Below are positions 30,601-45,600 of a stretch of DNA of 64,000 bases, in pieces. The position numbers and the translations under genes were made by a program. The notes beneath the pieces were generated by a model that was not told the DNA's origin, did not search any database, and saw only the letters and a program-made list of their open reading frames with translations. Each line of letters starts with the position of its first letter. The first letter of the stretch is position 1. The stretch comes from Owenia fusiformis. Taxonomy: Eukaryota. The stretch spans positions 37,014,001 to 37,078,000 of the forward strand of contig CAIIXF020000001.1 in the NCBI GenBank assembly GCA_903813345.2, in the 5' to 3' direction.

Positions 30601-33600
30601 TCAGAAAGCACTGATGAAGATTTTATTTCGCCCCTATCTGATATGACGCTGACAGAATTAAATCAAGGCAATTGCTAAAGTTCATGTGTTCTTGACCTGT
30701 GTATACTGAAAAAAGGGCATATTCAATGATCTGTCCAATGTCATTTCAGACTGCAATAGCAGCTCAGTTTGCTGCCCAGGTAGCTGCAACTCTCAACCAT
30801 ACCACTAAGACACCTCCAAAGTCTGAGGAAGTAATAGATCAAACCATGGCTGATGTGAAGCCTGTAGTGAAAGATGACCATATGGAAAATGAAAGTGGTG
30901 ATAACTTACAATCTGCTCCAACTAACCAAACGGAAAAGGCCCCTGTAGAGGCAGTTCAGCCTTCACCCATTATTAAAGAGACCAAACCCCCTCAGGCTAG
31001 AGAGCCTAGTCCAGCTGTTGTACCCCAACAGCCCGAGCGACCTACTATTGTAGTTACACCCGAACCAGAGCCCTCTCCTCCAAGGACTATAAAAGAGAAT
31101 GCTCCTGTAGCTAGCAGACCTATAGAAAAACAAACTCCTGTTAGTAAACAAAAAGTAGAGACTGTAGTTAAGGAAGAGGTGGCCATCGAACCAACTCCTG
31201 TTGTTGCTGAACCTGCTCGTGTTGCAACTGAACCTGCTCGTGTTGCAACTGAACCTGCTCGTGTTGCAACTGAACCTGCTCGTGTTGCAACTGAACCTGC
31301 TCGTGTTGTAGCAGAGCCTACTCGCACAGCAAGTCCTGCTGCACCTACTCCTAAACCTGCAGCCCCAGTTGTCAAGGCCAGTCCAGAACCGGAGTTCAAA
31401 ACCCCAGAGCCTGTTAGCAAGGTAGTCAAGGTTAGTATTCTATGCAATTTTTTCAATACATGATAGTCAGTAAGTTATTGCTGTATGATGATGTTGTTTT
31501 TAGGGTAGGATAACTGCATGAGAAAGCACAGTTGAATACATGATGGTTATTTATCTATTTAATTGGAGGTTTTGGATACAGGGTATATTCTGAGGGAAAT
31601 ATAAATATATCATATTTCCCAAGGATTATACCCTGTATCCAAAACCGAGCATTAAATATGTGATTTATCCTAGACTAAGATTTGAAAATGCACTGAATGA
31701 AATTTCCTGGTGATTGCTGTGTGGGAGGTATACATAACTTCCGCTCACCTCAGATATAAAATATATTCCTGCATGTTATTTTCCTACAACACTACTAAGT
31801 ATGTGATAAAGTGCCATATCTTATTGTTTAAAAGATGTTTTCAAATTGTTTTCCTACTAGTTACAAAGATGCTGTTTCATTGAGAAGAAATTTGACATAA
31901 TTTCAAATCTTGCCAAAATGATCATTAAAAGAAAGGGCATTTTTGGAAATATGAAAATGTTAACAACATTATTACTTGAAGTTGTTCGATTTTATCCAAG
32001 GAGGATTGGATCTCATGGTTCCAACTCAAGATTTTTCATCTCCAAGCAATTTGTTCAAAAGCTAATTTCTACAGCAAAAAATGCACAAATGAACTGCAAG
32101 GAGAATGGCTGATATTCTAGCAAAATCAACAACAACTTGTTGTTATTGTCTGACATCATAACTGGATATAAATTCATAATCAGCGATCCAAAGGATTTTC
32201 CTAATATCTTGATCACTTCTTATATGTTATGTTTTGTTATCTTTTGTTGGGAAATAAGACCAAAATTCATGATTCAAATTCTTTGGTGAAAAAATGGTGA
32301 CTGCAAATTAATTTTTTGGGGAATTTTGTAATCATGACATGACTCTATGTATGGCAGAATATATAATGGAACCTTTGGAGCTAATCCTCGTTGGATTTTA
32401 TTTAGTCTTTGCATTGCTCCCTATAGGCGTTGCTATAGTAGCTTCACTTGTTGCCATGGTGTCACGGGGAGCATATATTAAACATTGGTGTCTTCTACCT
32501 AGCTGAAGCTGTCTATAGCTTAGTTATTTTACTTACACCATACAATTGAAATAATTTCTAATTGTATTTTCCCTTTTAATGTGTCTTTTCAAATCTTTGA
32601 TACATCATATTTTCACCAAAATATCAATATAACAGAGAGAAAAGTTCTTATATTTCAGATTTCTTAGTGTAGATTATATTGTGCATGCTTATTAACAAAT
32701 ATGAAGCCTTTTTGTATGATAAAAATGGTAACTGGGTATATTATATAAAGAACCTTAGAACTGCCAATGGTCACCAAATTTCTGGGGGTTTATATTTATA
32801 CACTTTACCTGTGAATGTAACTTCCAAAATAGATCAAATTGATGAAACAAATGGAAAAGAAAAAATTGCTTTTAGAGCAATACAACAACCTGAGAGCTGC
32901 CATCTATATCTAAACATTATTCCTAAGTATAAATTTATTTGCCATTTGCGAAGATACTATAAACACTATACCTAGGCTGTAATGCATATTTTACATTTCG
33001 GCGCTACATAGAACATTCTCTATTGTGTTTTTTAACACAGGATTTATGCAATGCATGTAAATAGCTAAATATATTGTAGCTTAAATTAATAGGTATATCC
33101 TTGAATCTTGATCCAATCTAATATTGCTTGAATTATATTTTCCACAAAAGTGACAAACTTGTAAACCTAAGCAAAAGGTGAAAATTGAAATAATTTTTGT
33201 CTCATTAATATTGGAGTAGTTATAGGTGCACTTAAAACTGACAAAGCCATAAAATGTCCAAGGTAATGGAGCATTTCAAACGATAGATATCGGAAAATAA
33301 ACTGTATTTGTATGTAGTTAGGGAGGGAGGGGTTCCTTAAAAACTGCTGTTCTGTCATTGTTACCGGGAAATTTTCTAAGTGCATGCTCTTTTCTCCCAG
33401 TGCACTTCTGGTACAATAAATAAAAAAACGTGAACGCAACAAATAAAACTAAACTAAAAAATGAGCGTTCTGAAGCCTGCCTATGCCAATCCAAGTGGCA
33501 AATACAGTGAATAATCCTATATTGAACTTTTGAGGGTCTTAATGCTAATCATTAAAGAAGGTAATTTTCAGCATGGAAGTTCAATTCATAATCTTTGTTA

Positions 33601-36600
33601 AGTCAGATGTTGGGTTTAAACTTTATATGATGGTGCCTTAGAGATGTTGGCCGCTGCTCAAGAAGGAATTTTCAGGATGGTTGCTTGGTTCACAATGGCA
33701 GGTCTACCACGCTGACCCTTTCTCAGCCAATCAGTGGAATGAACACATGTATAGTTAAATACATGTTCATTAACTATGCGGCGATGTCACTAGAAATGAC
33801 CATATGTCGTCCGTATTTAGACGACAAACTCTGATTGGCTCGGTGAGATCAGAGATTTATTGTAAACTGAAAGAGTGAAGACGAAGCTCTGTTTTAAGTG
33901 AAGTCGAATGATTGCAAAGGGTAGGAGAACACGGGGTTTTATTTATTTATGATCATCTTTTGTAATATTATGAACATGGACTGATATGTTCCCGATTTGC
34001 ATTATACTTCGGCATGCTAGTATTAAATCCAATGACATATTAATTTTATTATATACTTCATATTTTGATCATATAAATTATTGATTTAATGTGTCCTTGA
34101 CAGTAGATAATTATTCCCTACAGTTTAGAGACAATTTAACCTCAACAGACTTGGGGGCCATCTCAACATCCAAGTTATTTGATAAGTTAGTTTACTTGTG
34201 TTTAGTTTTCATTTGATAATAATCACAGCTATTAGAGAATATTTTCAAAAGGTGTTATTATGGTAGGTCATATCATTACGTTTTTCTCCATCAAGAAGTG
34301 TTAACTAATGCAGCTAATTTTTGTGACTGCCATTGGTGATAAGTGGCTCTTATTACAATTCATTATTTTCCTTTTGGGACAATTAGAACTTGCCCAGCAG
34401 GTAGTGTTATTTTGTCATGTTAATACCTTGTAAAAATCATGATTGCGTTTAAAATGATATTATAAAACTTCTGAAATTCTCCCCAGCATGAATCAGTATT
34501 GCCTTAGGAGACATGTAGACTGTACATGCTTTAAACAAATGAGATGCAATCAATACTGTACATATCAGCAAATATTGAAGGAAGTTGAGTCGGAACAGCT
34601 GTTTCAGTTCATCTCCTGACAAGCCGTTTATATATTTTGGAATAAGATATAATTGAGATATTAAAACAACCTGGAATAATTACATAATAACAGTGTTGTC
34701 CAATGAGGTACTTGGTAGGGATACAGGTAATATATATATTTTTAACTAATCTTTTCTACCTAGCTTAGTTACCTAGAGAAGTTCTGGTCATACCATATGG
34801 TATCATTCATGTTTAGAGAAAAAGCACACTATGTTATATCGATGGAAAGCTAATGTAAATATTAAGATAATATGATTTTAGATGAATGAATTGAATAAGG
34901 TGGCTAATGTGCGTTATAAAACACTTGAATTAATGAAAATGAGAAATCTTAACTTATATGTTATACTTTTTGGGGTAAATGGTAAAGCCTACTCTGGGAT
35001 GTTCTCACTTTTTATGTTACCACCTGATCTCAGCATCTGTAACAATTGTTACAGTTTTGTCACTACAGGCAGATGGAGACATGTTCATGTGCCTGTCATA
35101 CCTGTCATGTTTACTCTGTCATGGTTCAAATGCAGCGTGAACGAATTTAAACTCAGGAAAATCAAAAAATAATTACCCTCATAGGGTAGACCAATCCCAT
35201 CACTCTCTTATGTGTTATATGGTTATATGAGTGCCGATATAAATGCTTTGATATTTATTTAGTTTATCCTGTCACTTTAGTTTAAGTGAAAGTATTATCC
35301 CTGTCAAAAATATTTATAGGGTCAATTGCTCATTATAAAATATTGACCTTAGAGTTCATACAAGTAAAAAGTTGCTGAATTTACTCCCAGTCAGTAAAAA
35401 CAAAGTCATAAATCATGTTAACAAAAGCCTTGTGGTGGAAGGAAATTAAAACATTCATACTGGTGAATATTCCATATTGAAAAATATCAACCATTTATTT
35501 AGTAACTAACTACAACCAGCTCTTATTGTATGTAAGTGAAATGAAGATGCCCTTGCCTCTATAGTGTGTTGTCCGTGTTTCTTTTATAGTATGCAAAATG
35601 TTAAGTTGAGAAGTTTACTCTGATTAGCATAAACTGCTCTTAATAAGCTTTCTCCAAACAAGGTGAACAGATGAAGCCTTTTATTTGTAACAAATAGTTA
35701 TCCTTCTATGTTTGTACATGTGAAGTAAACGGAACATTGCACAAAGATATAAAATTTAACCAGTGAACAACAGTCAGCTTGTTAGCCTTTAGACTACACA
35801 GATTCGGCACACTCCTGATCATGCAAAGCTGTTGATGATGAACTTACATGAAAACGGGTCAGATAAAAATAACCACAAGTATTAGGTATCAGTTAGAGGC
35901 AAATAAAGATGGAGGATTAGTTAGTTGGGAAACATGTCTAGCACAGGCAAGAAAAGACGTAGAAGACGATCAAAAGCTCGTCATACGGTAAGTCAAAGAT
36001 AAGTTTTTAAAGTTGGGCAGTCGGCACATGTGTTTATGTCTGCTATTTTAATAAATAGGTTCAAAAAGCACAATTACATGAATTAGCTATAAAACTGAGT
36101 AGCTGAAGGTCATTTAGATGTATATTCATGACTTAACTGAAAAAAATATTTTAGCAAATAGGAATTTCCAATGAACCTATGAAAGATAAATTAGCCAGCA
36201 AATATGGTCAATATACTGTTTGACCTTTGACAGGCCAATGTTGATAAGAATGTTATATGGCACTTGTAAAAGTTTAACTTATCATATAGTACTGGCTGTA
36301 CTGAAATATAAAAATGTAGGACATATTGGGAGTGGACACAAAATACCTATTAAGGCTATCTTACCACTGTAGACAGATTGGACGCAACATACTGGTTATA
36401 ATACTTAAATTTACATACATATATTAAAGGAATAGATGAACAAAGTAAGTTACACAAACTTCAAGATGGCTGCCATGAGAATGTGGTATGCTGCTATTTT
36501 ATAATATGGAGCTGTCTGTGAGGTCATTGTGGCCTTGTCTTAACAGTCATGATTCACAGATATAACCGCCATATACCAACTAACTACTCTCAAAGTATAT

Positions 36601-39600
36601 TCCAGAGGATGTATGCATGGAACCAATCCAAATTGCTCATATGATGTACACTGTTAGGTATTTTGTATATTTGTGAACAAATATGTTTCCTTGTCTTAGG
36701 GCCATATGTTAAGTGCAAGTCACTGTTGACCAAGCAATTATTAGTACAAAAGCTGGCTATAGTGTGAATTATTATCAAAATGTTTAAAAATAAGTTTCAT
36801 TATCTGATGATATGAAAATTTCAATATTTGGGGTATTGTTGTTAGGAATCAGTCTTCAAACAAGATCAGACTTAACAACAAATGTGATCATACCCCTGGT
36901 CTGAGTTACACATATGTCTTCATTCAGAGATAAAGTGCATGATATACATTATTAATTTAATATTTTTTTGTTATTACAATTATTCATTGATACGTTTGTT
37001 ACAAATTGAAAAATTTTATGATAAATATTTATTAGTAAATTGGTGTTATCTTGCTCTGGTATATATTGCATCTATCATAATGCAGTATAGGCAGGTTTAG
37101 CTTTTAATGTCTACTTTTAACAAATCAATTAATTTTCTGAAATATTCTTTCATTCAGGAAATACCATTGCCTGCTAAGTATCTGAATATCATCTTAGATC
37201 ATCTCCAGGCTGTTGATATTGATTCTATTTGTATTCATTGTACATGTAACCAGAATGCTTGTTCCAGCTGATGATTTAAAAGCTACTGCCCTTCACAAGA
37301 GTCTACTCTTTCAATTAGAGATTATTCACTCATCTGGCCTTTATCTAAGATCAGGAAAAAGAACGCTACATTTTCAACTTATCAATAGCCATGCTTTGGT
37401 TGATATTAGAGCATCACATAAACTTTCATGAAAGCAACATTTCAGCTTTTTAGGATCTAATCGGCATCAAAGTTTTAAATCATGTGTAATATACAGAGTG
37501 TATTGCAGTGATGAATCAGGGTATTACAAACTTGCTGAAGTTTGGACACCAGATAGGTGTGATATCCAGAGATTATATTTAAACCCTATATTAAAAGTGG
37601 ATCCTTATCATAGATGTTATCTTGGATTCCTCCTGCTTGACACCTTTGGTTAAAGTCTGTTTCATCAGCATCCAGGTTTATGGTTTGATATCTGGTTTCA
37701 TGTCATCACACACAATCTTGCAATATTGATAAGCCATTTTATTTTCTCACATTGGAAATGTCTTATGGTATCACCCCCCCCCCCCGCCCCCTTCTCAAAT
37801 TATCTATTAGTTGTGGTAGCAGGGGTATGATACATGCAGCCAGGGGTGGTCTATATGCCAATCTTAACTGGAAATTTTCAACTTGGTTTGCCAAACATGA
37901 ATTGAGAGGAGACAAAGATAATTATTTTGCTTTGTATGCCTAATTATATTTAGTTGAGCATTCAGGCATTTATGTTAAGGTTTCCTCCTGTTTTGGCAGT
38001 AATTTTGTCTATAAATCATGAAATAGTTGGACCAACATTTTCTAAGGGTGCATTTGTTTGGCTGGTTGATTCAATAAGAAACATCTCTCTTTGTGCTCTT
38101 GAGTATAACGAAGATACACTTAAAATGCCATTACTAGTTATAATTTACTAGATCCATCAAAATATATGTATCCATATAATAAAAGTAATATACTATTTTT
38201 CAAAAATGTGACATCCCAAAATTTGTTTGACTTAAAGCTGAACACTCATCAAATCATTGCTCCTATGCTTTGGAGCCATCTATTGTCAGTGAACAACTGC
38301 CTTTACAGCCATTTAATAGCCATTTAATTGCTAAAACCTCCACATTTAAATGGTTATATAAGTCTTAAACAACCAGCATGTAATTCACATGTAATGGTGT
38401 CATATTTCATAGAACTATACCTAATCTTACATTAAATATTCACAGTGTCTTATCTCTATGTATTTCCAGCAGCCAGTAGAGCAGAGCCAGGCTCCTGCTG
38501 CTGCCCAAGCAGCCACTCGTGCTGCCACCAGTGCTGATGTGAACAATGTAGATGATAAACCTGTGGTCCAACCAGTGCAGCCTGCCAAGCCCCCAGCCCC
38601 TGTAGAGCCCCCAGCCCCAGTCCCTGACCAGGTAGAAATCAAGGTAGTTGAGAAGGTCCCTCAAGAACCAATTGTACAGAATGGCAAGAATGAAGATGAC
38701 AGAACAGATGAAGCAAAGGAGAATGATAAAAATGCAGCAGAGGATTCTGATGCAAGAGAACCAATTAAAAATAAAACAGAACTTAAATATAAATATAGGG
38801 AAGGTATGTATTGTATTGAATTGAATTGTAGAAAATATTGTCAAGATATTTTGCTCCATGGCCTGTTAATATTGAATGTTTGGCTCATATGGAATCGCCC
38901 AATTGTTAGTCTAATAATATCAGTTTCAACCTTTTAGGTTTTACATGTTTTTTAGGCATAATTATAATGATTTCATTTTGAGCTTATCCTGTTGATCATA
39001 TTCAATAATCCTATTGTATTGTAGCTATAGGTCACACTTATCCATTGCCTAATTTTGTTATTTGGCCTATTTTTACATCTTGACCTGTTTTTTAAGAAGA
39101 GTATAAGGAATCACCATGTAAGGCTACCAAATGGAATCATTTTGTCATAAGTGATGATTGAATTGTATAGCTCATCAGAAAGCACTGATGAAGATTTTAT
39201 TTCGCCCCTATCTGATATGACACATACAACCATTGAATGACCATGTTAAAAATGATGAAGTAAATTGTAATGTTTTTCAAGAAACTTGTGAAATGATAAA
39301 ATCATTGCATGCTTGTTACTTTCAGACCAGTGGAGTCCTATCAACACAGAGGGAAAGAAATCTTATGACCGTGACTTCCTGCTCAATCTGCAATTTGTCT
39401 CTGATTCCATGTCTAAACCCAACAAACTTCCTCGTCTCCCAGATGTCATCCTGGACAAAGTAGGTTTTTTACTATTATCTCAGATTTAACTCTGATCTAA
39501 ACATTAGAAAAAAATTCAAGATATCATTTTTATTGATTTGTAGACACTTCAAAAGTGTTTTCAATTGAAATTTAATTCACTGAATCCCATTTCAAAAGTG

Positions 39601-42600
39601 CCTTAATGTCATATCCTTTGTAATTTGGGAGAGGCAAATGATCTGAAAATTCTGTGTTAAATAATCTGTATGATCCATGTGATTAAGGAATGTAAAGGCT
39701 TTGCTTGTTGTTTCTTATGTGATGATGATTGTATGGCTTATCTGACTTATTCATGGAAGAATATATCACCATGTCTGATAAGGCACAACATTGGCAAAGT
39801 TTTTTCATTGTTAAGTGCGTGGCATCCACAATTCTTTGAGTCCTCAAGAAAAAATTTCCTCAATAACATGTTATCTGTGCTTCCAGCCAGCGACAAAAGG
39901 TGCTGCAAAGAACATAGGTGGGGATGTCCACTTGAGACCAGGTGGTATGGTAGACTTCACTCCTAGCTTCTTCAAGGCATCTGGCTCAGACAATAGGGGC
40001 AGACCTGTAAGTATTCTCTGCCTATTGCAACATATTAACTTCCTGCCTTACAAGTTATAGATCACCTGACATACTTAGAAATAATACAGCAAATTAAGTC
40101 ACCAATGGACCACTTACAAAGGTGTTGAGTCTTCAATGTAGTTGTACTTGTAGTCTTTAATGTACTTGTACAAGTATATATACATACAGTGCCAATGGTA
40201 ATATGTAGGGGTGAGACGACAACCCGATGAGTCGAGGACTCGCGGGTTTGGGGCTTCGAGTCGAGTCGAATAGAGTCGAAGTTGATGAATCGAATCATTT
40301 TCGAGTTGAGAAAAAAATTCAAAAAAATAAAAAAATTCAGAAAAATACTGTCAATATGCATGTTTTTACTCGATATTGCGTTGAATATATAAGTTTCAAT
40401 GACTTGGATATGCTTGTATTAAATTATTATATTGTATGTACACATAAATGAAAGAATATATGTAATAAAATCAGAATAAACTTACGACGAATTGTGTTTG
40501 TTTATATTTCTGGCTTTCCACCATTGACGCATTAAAAATACGAACGGTAAAAAGCGATGTTGTTCGCACTTCGCGCGACTCGAAACGGATTCGAAACTCG
40601 AATCGTCATTTTCTGACTCGAATCGGATTTTTTCGACTCATCTCACCCCTAGTAATATGAATAATCAAAATCACATTTCTCCATTGAAGTGATAGGCAAT
40701 ATACATGTACATCAGAAGGGATTGACAACAACAATATTTTACCTTGTTTGATGGAACTTCATATGATCCTGATCTGTATGTTTCGAAAGCTAGCAATCTT
40801 TGATTAAAATGATATTATTTGAAAGAGTAAAACCATTTGCTATGTTTTATCCAGCTATTATTAGGTGAATAGGAGCTAATAATCAAATTGACTATGTATA
40901 TAGGGAGGCGGTGGAGGTAGAGAAAGTATGGGTCGCCGTAGTGGACAGCGTGGTGGTGACAACAAGACTCCCCGTAAGATCATAAACATCTCTGTGCAGC
41001 AAGACATTAAGCTCCATCATGCTGAGAGTGCATGGAAGCCAACTCATAGTGCTCCAGCAGCTGAAGAAACTAATGTAAATGAGGTAAGACTAACTTTTCA
41101 GTAGAACCTCCATTGATATATCTAGGAACACATTATGGAGTTATGAAGTATGTAGCCTGTGATGAGCAACCACATCTCTGTCTGAGATCTGTGAAGATTT
41201 ACAGTGAATTCCTCGTTGCTGAGGTTAACATGAATGAATTGTTCAATTATCCAAGAATATGCATATCATACCAAAATAATTTGCTTTTGCTATAACATGA
41301 AATTGCCCTCTGTCCAGCTGACAATTTTGACATGTTATTGTAGCAGTCATTTGAAAATAGCATTACACTTGGCTCTCTCCCTTGTTCCAATTTTTCTCTG
41401 TTTAAACATAAATGCAGAAAATTGATGAATACTAGTACATAGTCCTCCTATTTCACATTGTAGGAACTGTACAAAAAAACCAGGGGTATTCTCAACAAGC
41501 TGACCCCCCAGAAATTCAAAACTCTTGTCGCTCAGATCATGGAGCTGGAGATAGACACAGAGACAAAACTACGAAATGTCATTGATCTCATATTTGATAA
41601 GGTAAGTTCATGAAAGATAAATTTCATATTTTGGTTTCATATATTAGTTTTTGCAACATCAATTAATGAAATTGAGTAAGTTATGTAGCCTGTGATGAGC
41701 AACCACATCCCAGTCAGAGATCTGTGAAGATTTACAGTGAATTCCTCGTTGTTGAGGTTAACATAACATAATCAATAAGAGAATTCTGTAACTGTGTTAC
41801 TTTGGTTTAATGAGTGTTTCTGATTCAATTGATGAGTATCTGTTGTTTTTCAGGCCCTTGATGAGCCAGGGTTTAGTGTGGCCTATGCAAACATGTGCAA
41901 ATGCCTTCAACCAGTAAGTAATCTAATGCACATATATAAAATGCAGTATGCGAAATACACAGTTTTGTCTCACTGGGAACACCTCGGCACAAAACATTTT
42001 CAAATCAGTCTTTCCCAAGCTGTAAGATGCCTTTGGGATAAGAGGAAATTCTTCAAATTTTCAATGCTCAAGTCAGCTGTTTGGATTCACATATTAACTG
42101 TAGTTTATATTACTTTGTCAAATAAAAATTGATAATTACATTACTTCTGTTATATATCATCAGTTATGATTTGGATAATCTATTTATCTGTTCAGTTACA
42201 ATTTTATAGTATTTATATTGCTGCGTTGTATTTGTAGCTTAAAGTTCCTGCTGAAAACCCAACAAAAGAGGGAGAGAAAGCAACATTTAGAAAACTCTTG
42301 ATCACAAGATGTCAAAGGGAATTTGAAAAAGAAAAGGAAAATGCCAATTCTGAAGAAAGGGAGAAGAAAATCCAAGAAATAAAAAGTATAGAAGATGTAA
42401 GTTTTAAAACTGTTATGATATTTGGCTCATCAGAAATTACCGATGAAGATTTTATTCATGTCATAAACACATTGTTTTGTTTCGCACTGATCATACATTC
42501 ATATCTATTGTTTGCTTGATTATTTCTAGGAACCTAAAAGGAAACTAGCCCTAGAGGAATTTGATTATGCAGAATTAAAAGCCAAAAGGAGGACACTAGG

Positions 42601-45600
42601 AAACATCAGGTATGCTGCCTTTTCTCTTTGTTTATTGATAGAAATTTAAACTAGAAATAAGGCCATTTGTAGTAATTAAACAGAATCAGAAATCACTGAT
42701 CTAAAATGCATTGAATAACAAACAGGGTAATGATCTAATCAACTTAGTCATATTTTGTTTTTTCCTTTTCAGGTTCATTGGTGAATTATTTAAATTAAAA
42801 ATGTTAGTAGAACCAATTATGCATGATTGCATTGTGAAACTCCTCAAATCCAATGACCAGGAATCCTATGAGTGTCTATGTAGGCTACTGTCCACTATAG
42901 GGAAAGATATAGACCATGAAGAGGCCAAACCCATGATAGACCAGTATATTACACAGATGCAAAAAATTGTGGATCAAAAGAAGACTTGTTCCAGGGTCAG
43001 GTTTATGCTTCAAGATGTAATGGAACTAAGAAGAGTAAGCATTAATGTTTTATCCAGTGAAAATCTTATGCCTTGAATCAGGTCAAAATCTTAGTATTTA
43101 AAAGTCGGAACCAATTGGTTTAAAATTTGATTCACTTATAATGTTACCTATTACAAAGTATTACTTGGGTAATTTTTCTCTGAGGGTGAGAAGAGTCATC
43201 TGATCATTATGAAGGTGTCTTAGGTGATGATGATTGTATGGCTTATCCGATTATTCTTGAAGGATTTATTAACTCGTCTGATAAGACACTATATGAAAGC
43301 TTTAGCTACTTCTCACATGGCCTCTGTCATTACAAAGTGTTCACTATATAGAGTTTACAAAATGTGTTTTACATGCAAGAAATATAACTGAAAATGCCCA
43401 TAAAACTTTTAGACTATTATCTCCACATATGGGAATATTTGATGAGTTGATATTTATTTTTCACCAGAATATGTGGGTACCTAGACGAGAAGACAATAAT
43501 CCCAGAACTATAGACCAGATCCACAAGGAGGTTGAGAGGGAGGATGCAGAGAGGGCCATGTTACTGCAGCAATTCAACCACCAACAGAAGCAGGGAGGTG
43601 GACAAGGCAATAGAAAGTAAGTATTGATGGAAGCTAGTCACAGTTAATGTTTAAATACCTTAATGTAAACAGATTTGTTGGTTTTAGGTCATGGGCTATG
43701 TCATAAGTGATGATTGAATTGTATAGCTCATCAGAAAGCACTGATGAAGATTTTATTTCGCCCCTATCTGATATGACACGAGACATTCGATTTAAACCAG
43801 GGACTTAAATTCATTAAATCACAATATTTTATTATGTCTACAATCTCCAACACTTCAATATGGGAATACAGTGTTAGCTTAGGTGTGTCTTTCCATCCGT
43901 CTATCTCCTAAGCTCTTTTACTGAATTACTTGAATATTGCTCCACTGGATTTGCACCTCCTGTCCACCATATTGATTTTCATGCTTTTTGTTGTTGCAGT
44001 ATGAGAGGAGGCAGGGGTAGCAGCCAGGGTCAGACTCCACAGAAACAAGCTGATGATGGCTGGAACACTGTAGGTGCCAAGACTAGTAGAGCACCCCTAG
44101 ACCCATCAAAACTCAGGCTTACCAAGGTATGTTCATTTGTAAGAATTAGAACTTCATAATCAATTTAGAACATATGAAATAAGTATCTTAAGTACCAGAC
44201 TTGCACAATACCTAGCCTGTGATGAGCAACCACATCCATGTCTGAGATCTGTGAAGATTTACAGTGAATTCCTCGTTGCTGAGGTTAACATAAACAAAAT
44301 ATGAAAATGTGAATTACTCTTAGATGCAATACCATAATTAATGCATTTAACAAGTACCAGGTCAATTTTTCAATGTGTATTTCACATTTCACAAGAATTG
44401 CATTACATTTCAGATTGATCCTTTCAGAATGTAGGGTTGCTTCAACTTTTTGCATTGACTTTTGGAATTCATCAATATTGGATTCTATAATGTACGTTGA
44501 TAACCAGAATCTCTTGTGTTTTCAGCAAAAGGTGGATGATAACATTCAGTTAGGTCCTGGTGGAGGCATGTCGCGGTTCTCAGGATGGGGCCGAGGAAGC
44601 AGTGGAGGTGGTAATGCCGCTAAGCAGCAAGAGCCTGAGAGGCCTACCACTCCAGCCAACAGGTACACCATTTATGTTATGTATGCAAAATGAGATGGGG
44701 GTGAATGCAAATGAGTATTAGGGAGTTGGTAGGTGCCTAAATGATGATGATTGTATGGCTTATCTGAATGAACCATTTGAAGAAAAAATAACTATGTCTG
44801 ATATGGCACCATATCATCTACGCTTTTTGGAAAGATTTCAAAAAATATTTGGTGTTTCATGCACTATATTGGAGCATTGATCTTCGTAGGACAACATGTT
44901 TACTTTGAAGTGATTTATTTCTAGGTTCAGTGCTCTCAGTGGAGGTGCCGGTGGTCCCCCTGCTGGAGTTCAACCCAATGAGTCGGAACAGAGGGGACGA
45001 CCTAGCATGGGTCGTGGAGGTCAGACTCCAGGCAGAGGCAGTGACCAGAGAAGTAAGACCCCCCAGAATACCCCCAGAGGTGGAAAGAGGCCCTCTGAGG
45101 ACAGGGAGGCAGCTCTAGCTGCTGTCAGGTAAGTGATGAAGCATGCTGGGAACTTATGAATAGCAGAGTTGCCTCACTCTGATTCTTTAAAAAGTCCACT
45201 AAATTTTTAGATTTGGATGATAATGCGATTTTCCCAATGTACAGAATTGTGCTTAGTAATAAAGATTCTTTATTTCCTCCAGAGGCAGATTTTGAATATT
45301 TTTTTGTAGTACTTATAATGAAGATTGAATTTTTGTATTGCTCATGAGAAATTGTTTGTGAAGAGATCTGATTTGATGCTTCCTTACATCTATGATTCAT
45401 TTGAATGTTCACCTTTAATTTGTTTGAATAAATCATATTTTTATGCATTTATAATTTAACTTTCAGGAATATGGGAGTCCCTCCCAACCAGGTTAATACA
45501 GGAGATAGAGTATCCTCCAGAGACAATAGCAGAAACAGGGATGTTATTCCCCCTGCTGCAGACACTTCTAAACAAATGACTGTAGAAGAAATGGAGAAAA

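Noticed and set aside
30992..31456. Minus-strand ORF with ATRAGSV repeats (also the 38427-38859 ORFs)
   Set aside because: Antisense shadow of low-complexity eIF4G exons.
31568..31647. ~80-bp hairpin as a pre-miRNA
   Set aside because: More simply a collapsed MITE remnant; no supporting evidence for processing.
45133..45183. GTGATGA...CTGA immediately after a splice donor
   Set aside because: Overlaps the 5' splice site, too short, no terminal stem or guide.
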